IMG/VR virus record: IMGVR_UViG_3300011888_000002
Span: 1-42,939 of that record
Reading direction: 5' to 3' (one strand)
DNA from: a virus
DNA length: 42,939 nucleotides
Shown: piece after piece, positions 42,394 through 42,939 of the stretch
Layout of the letters: the number at the start of each line of letters is the position of its first letter
Position numbering within the stretch: position 1 is the stretch's first letter
Notes under the pieces: generated by a model
What the model was told of the DNA's origin: nothing
Databases searched by the model: none
The model's input: the letters and a program-made list of their open reading frames with translations, nothing else
Translations under genes and position numbers: made by a program

Positions 42394-42421
42394 AAAAGCT
42401 CGCCAAATGGTGGGCTTTTTT
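42394..42421 (+). terminator. Intrinsic terminator just downstream of the late promoter (tR'-like)
   Basis: An A-run, then stem gctcgcc / ggtgggc (two G-U pairs) with an aaat loop, then TTTTTT. Confidence 0.7.
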
Positions 42422-42666
42422 ATTGCCTAGTGATTTTGGTACACAAGAAGATTTGTCTCTCAAAATAACCAAAATTGGAGAATCAAAATGCCAGCACATG
42501 CTTAAGTAAATCTCGAATAGGTGTGCACGCACATTTCAACTATACGCCCAGCGTGCCCACCAGATTTCAAAAGAAAGCAAACCTGTCATAGATAGCGCAT
42601 TACCGGAAATATTGCGCTGAGGCATCCGGTGGTTTGCTTTGCTTATGAGATCAAAAGGAGATTCAC

Positions 42667-42783
42667 ATGCTCCAACTCTTAAAACGATTATTCTGCTTTC
42701 ATCACTACGATTATGAGTCTGATATTTTTATCCAGATCGAATGCCGTAAGTGTGGAAAGGTTAGAGACAATTACACGAATTAG
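42667..42783 (+). CDS. 38-aa Cys/His-containing small protein (not in the ORF track)
   Basis: Strong RBS AAGGAG (42656-60) precedes the ATG. Product MLQLLKRLFCFHHYDYESDIFIQIECRKCGKVRDNYTN. Confidence 0.45.
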   Translation: MLQLLKRLFCFHHYDYESDIFIQIECRKCGKVRDNYTN

Positions 42784-42807
42784 CCGAACGTATTACGGCA
42801 AACAAAG

Positions 42808-42838
42808 CCCCTCGCATTCTAGATGTTGAGGGGTTTTT
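42808..42838 (+). terminator. Second intrinsic terminator in the late leader
   Basis: cccctcgcat / atgt(t)gagggg stem with a tctag loop, then TTTTT. Confidence 0.6.
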
Positions 42839-42859
42839 CTTTTCTTATTGGTGGTACCT

Positions 42860-42939
42860 ATGACAGACAAAGTACAAGCTAAACAAGACTTAGAATTTTG
42901 CAGTGCTGAGCTGTCTAAATATCAGAATCTCAGTCGATC
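42860..42939 (+). CDS. 5' part of the junction-spanning 57-aa ORF (continues at 1..174)
   Basis: ATG at 42860. The following bases are the 77-bp repeat and are in frame with 1..174. Confidence 0.5.
   Translation, partial: MTDKVQAKQDLEFCSAELSKYQNLSR
42863..42939. repeat. Terminal direct repeat, identical to 1..77
   Basis: Base-by-base identity with the window start. Confidence 0.97.

Larger units (their letters stand above)
1..42939. mobile_element. Complete temperate phage genome with siphovirus-type tail genes (circular/circularly permuted assembly, unique length 42,862 bp)
   Basis: Full set of packaging, head, tail, lysis, integration, immunity, replication and Q genes. The window ends are identical over 77 bp and one ORF reads through the junction. 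Confidence 0.9.

Noticed and set aside
1-42939. Mu-like transposable phage, suggested by the Mu-type head genes
   Set aside because: There is no transposase or transposition ATPase gene. A tyrosine integrase, an attP-like site and a cI/cro/Q circuit are present instead.

Overview
The window is one complete temperate phage genome with siphovirus-type tail genes. The first 77 bp (1..77) are identical to the last 77 bp (42863..42939), so this is a circular or circularly permuted assembly with a unique length of 42,862 bp. One ORF runs across the junction (42860 -> 174). A Moraxellaceae/Acinetobacter-type host is only a guess from gene content and composition.

Layout:
- 42320..42860: late promoter, terminators and leader.
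- 164..5789: Vsr-like nuclease, HExxH peptidase, terS, terL, Mu-type portal and MuF.
- 5843..10923: prohead protease/scaffold, lambda D/E-like decoration and capsid proteins, Mu gp36/G/gp37-like neck proteins, tail tube.
- 10985..13415: two AT-rich, self-contained morons flanking the tail chaperone.
- 13435..26312: tape measure, tail tip and fibre genes.
- 26374..27970: atypical lysis cassette.
- 28017..30642: minus-strand cargo gene, integrase, attP and excisionase-like gene.
- 30642..35671: tightly overlapped early-left operon with C5 methylase, DnaQ-like exonuclease and Sak4-like ATPase.
- 35721..36862: cI/cro switch.
- 36920..42323: early-right operon with CII-like protein, antirepressor, DUF1376 and lambda-P-like replication genes, two PD-(D/E)XK nucleases and Q.

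No tRNA, rRNA, CRISPR array or transposase was found.

Best candidates for something new:
1. A TacT/AtaT-like GNAT toxin with a half-size upstream partner inside the tail module (11130..12040).
2. A zinc-ribbon/TM/exported-domain moron directly upstream of the tape measure (12620..13415).
3. An integrase with a ~170-aa extension after the catalytic Tyr (28460..28975).
4. A lysis cassette whose amidase carries two N-terminal TM segments, with no recognisable holin or spanin.
5. An exported protein as the first gene of the PL operon (35207..35671).

All family assignments come from motifs read by eye. No database search was run.
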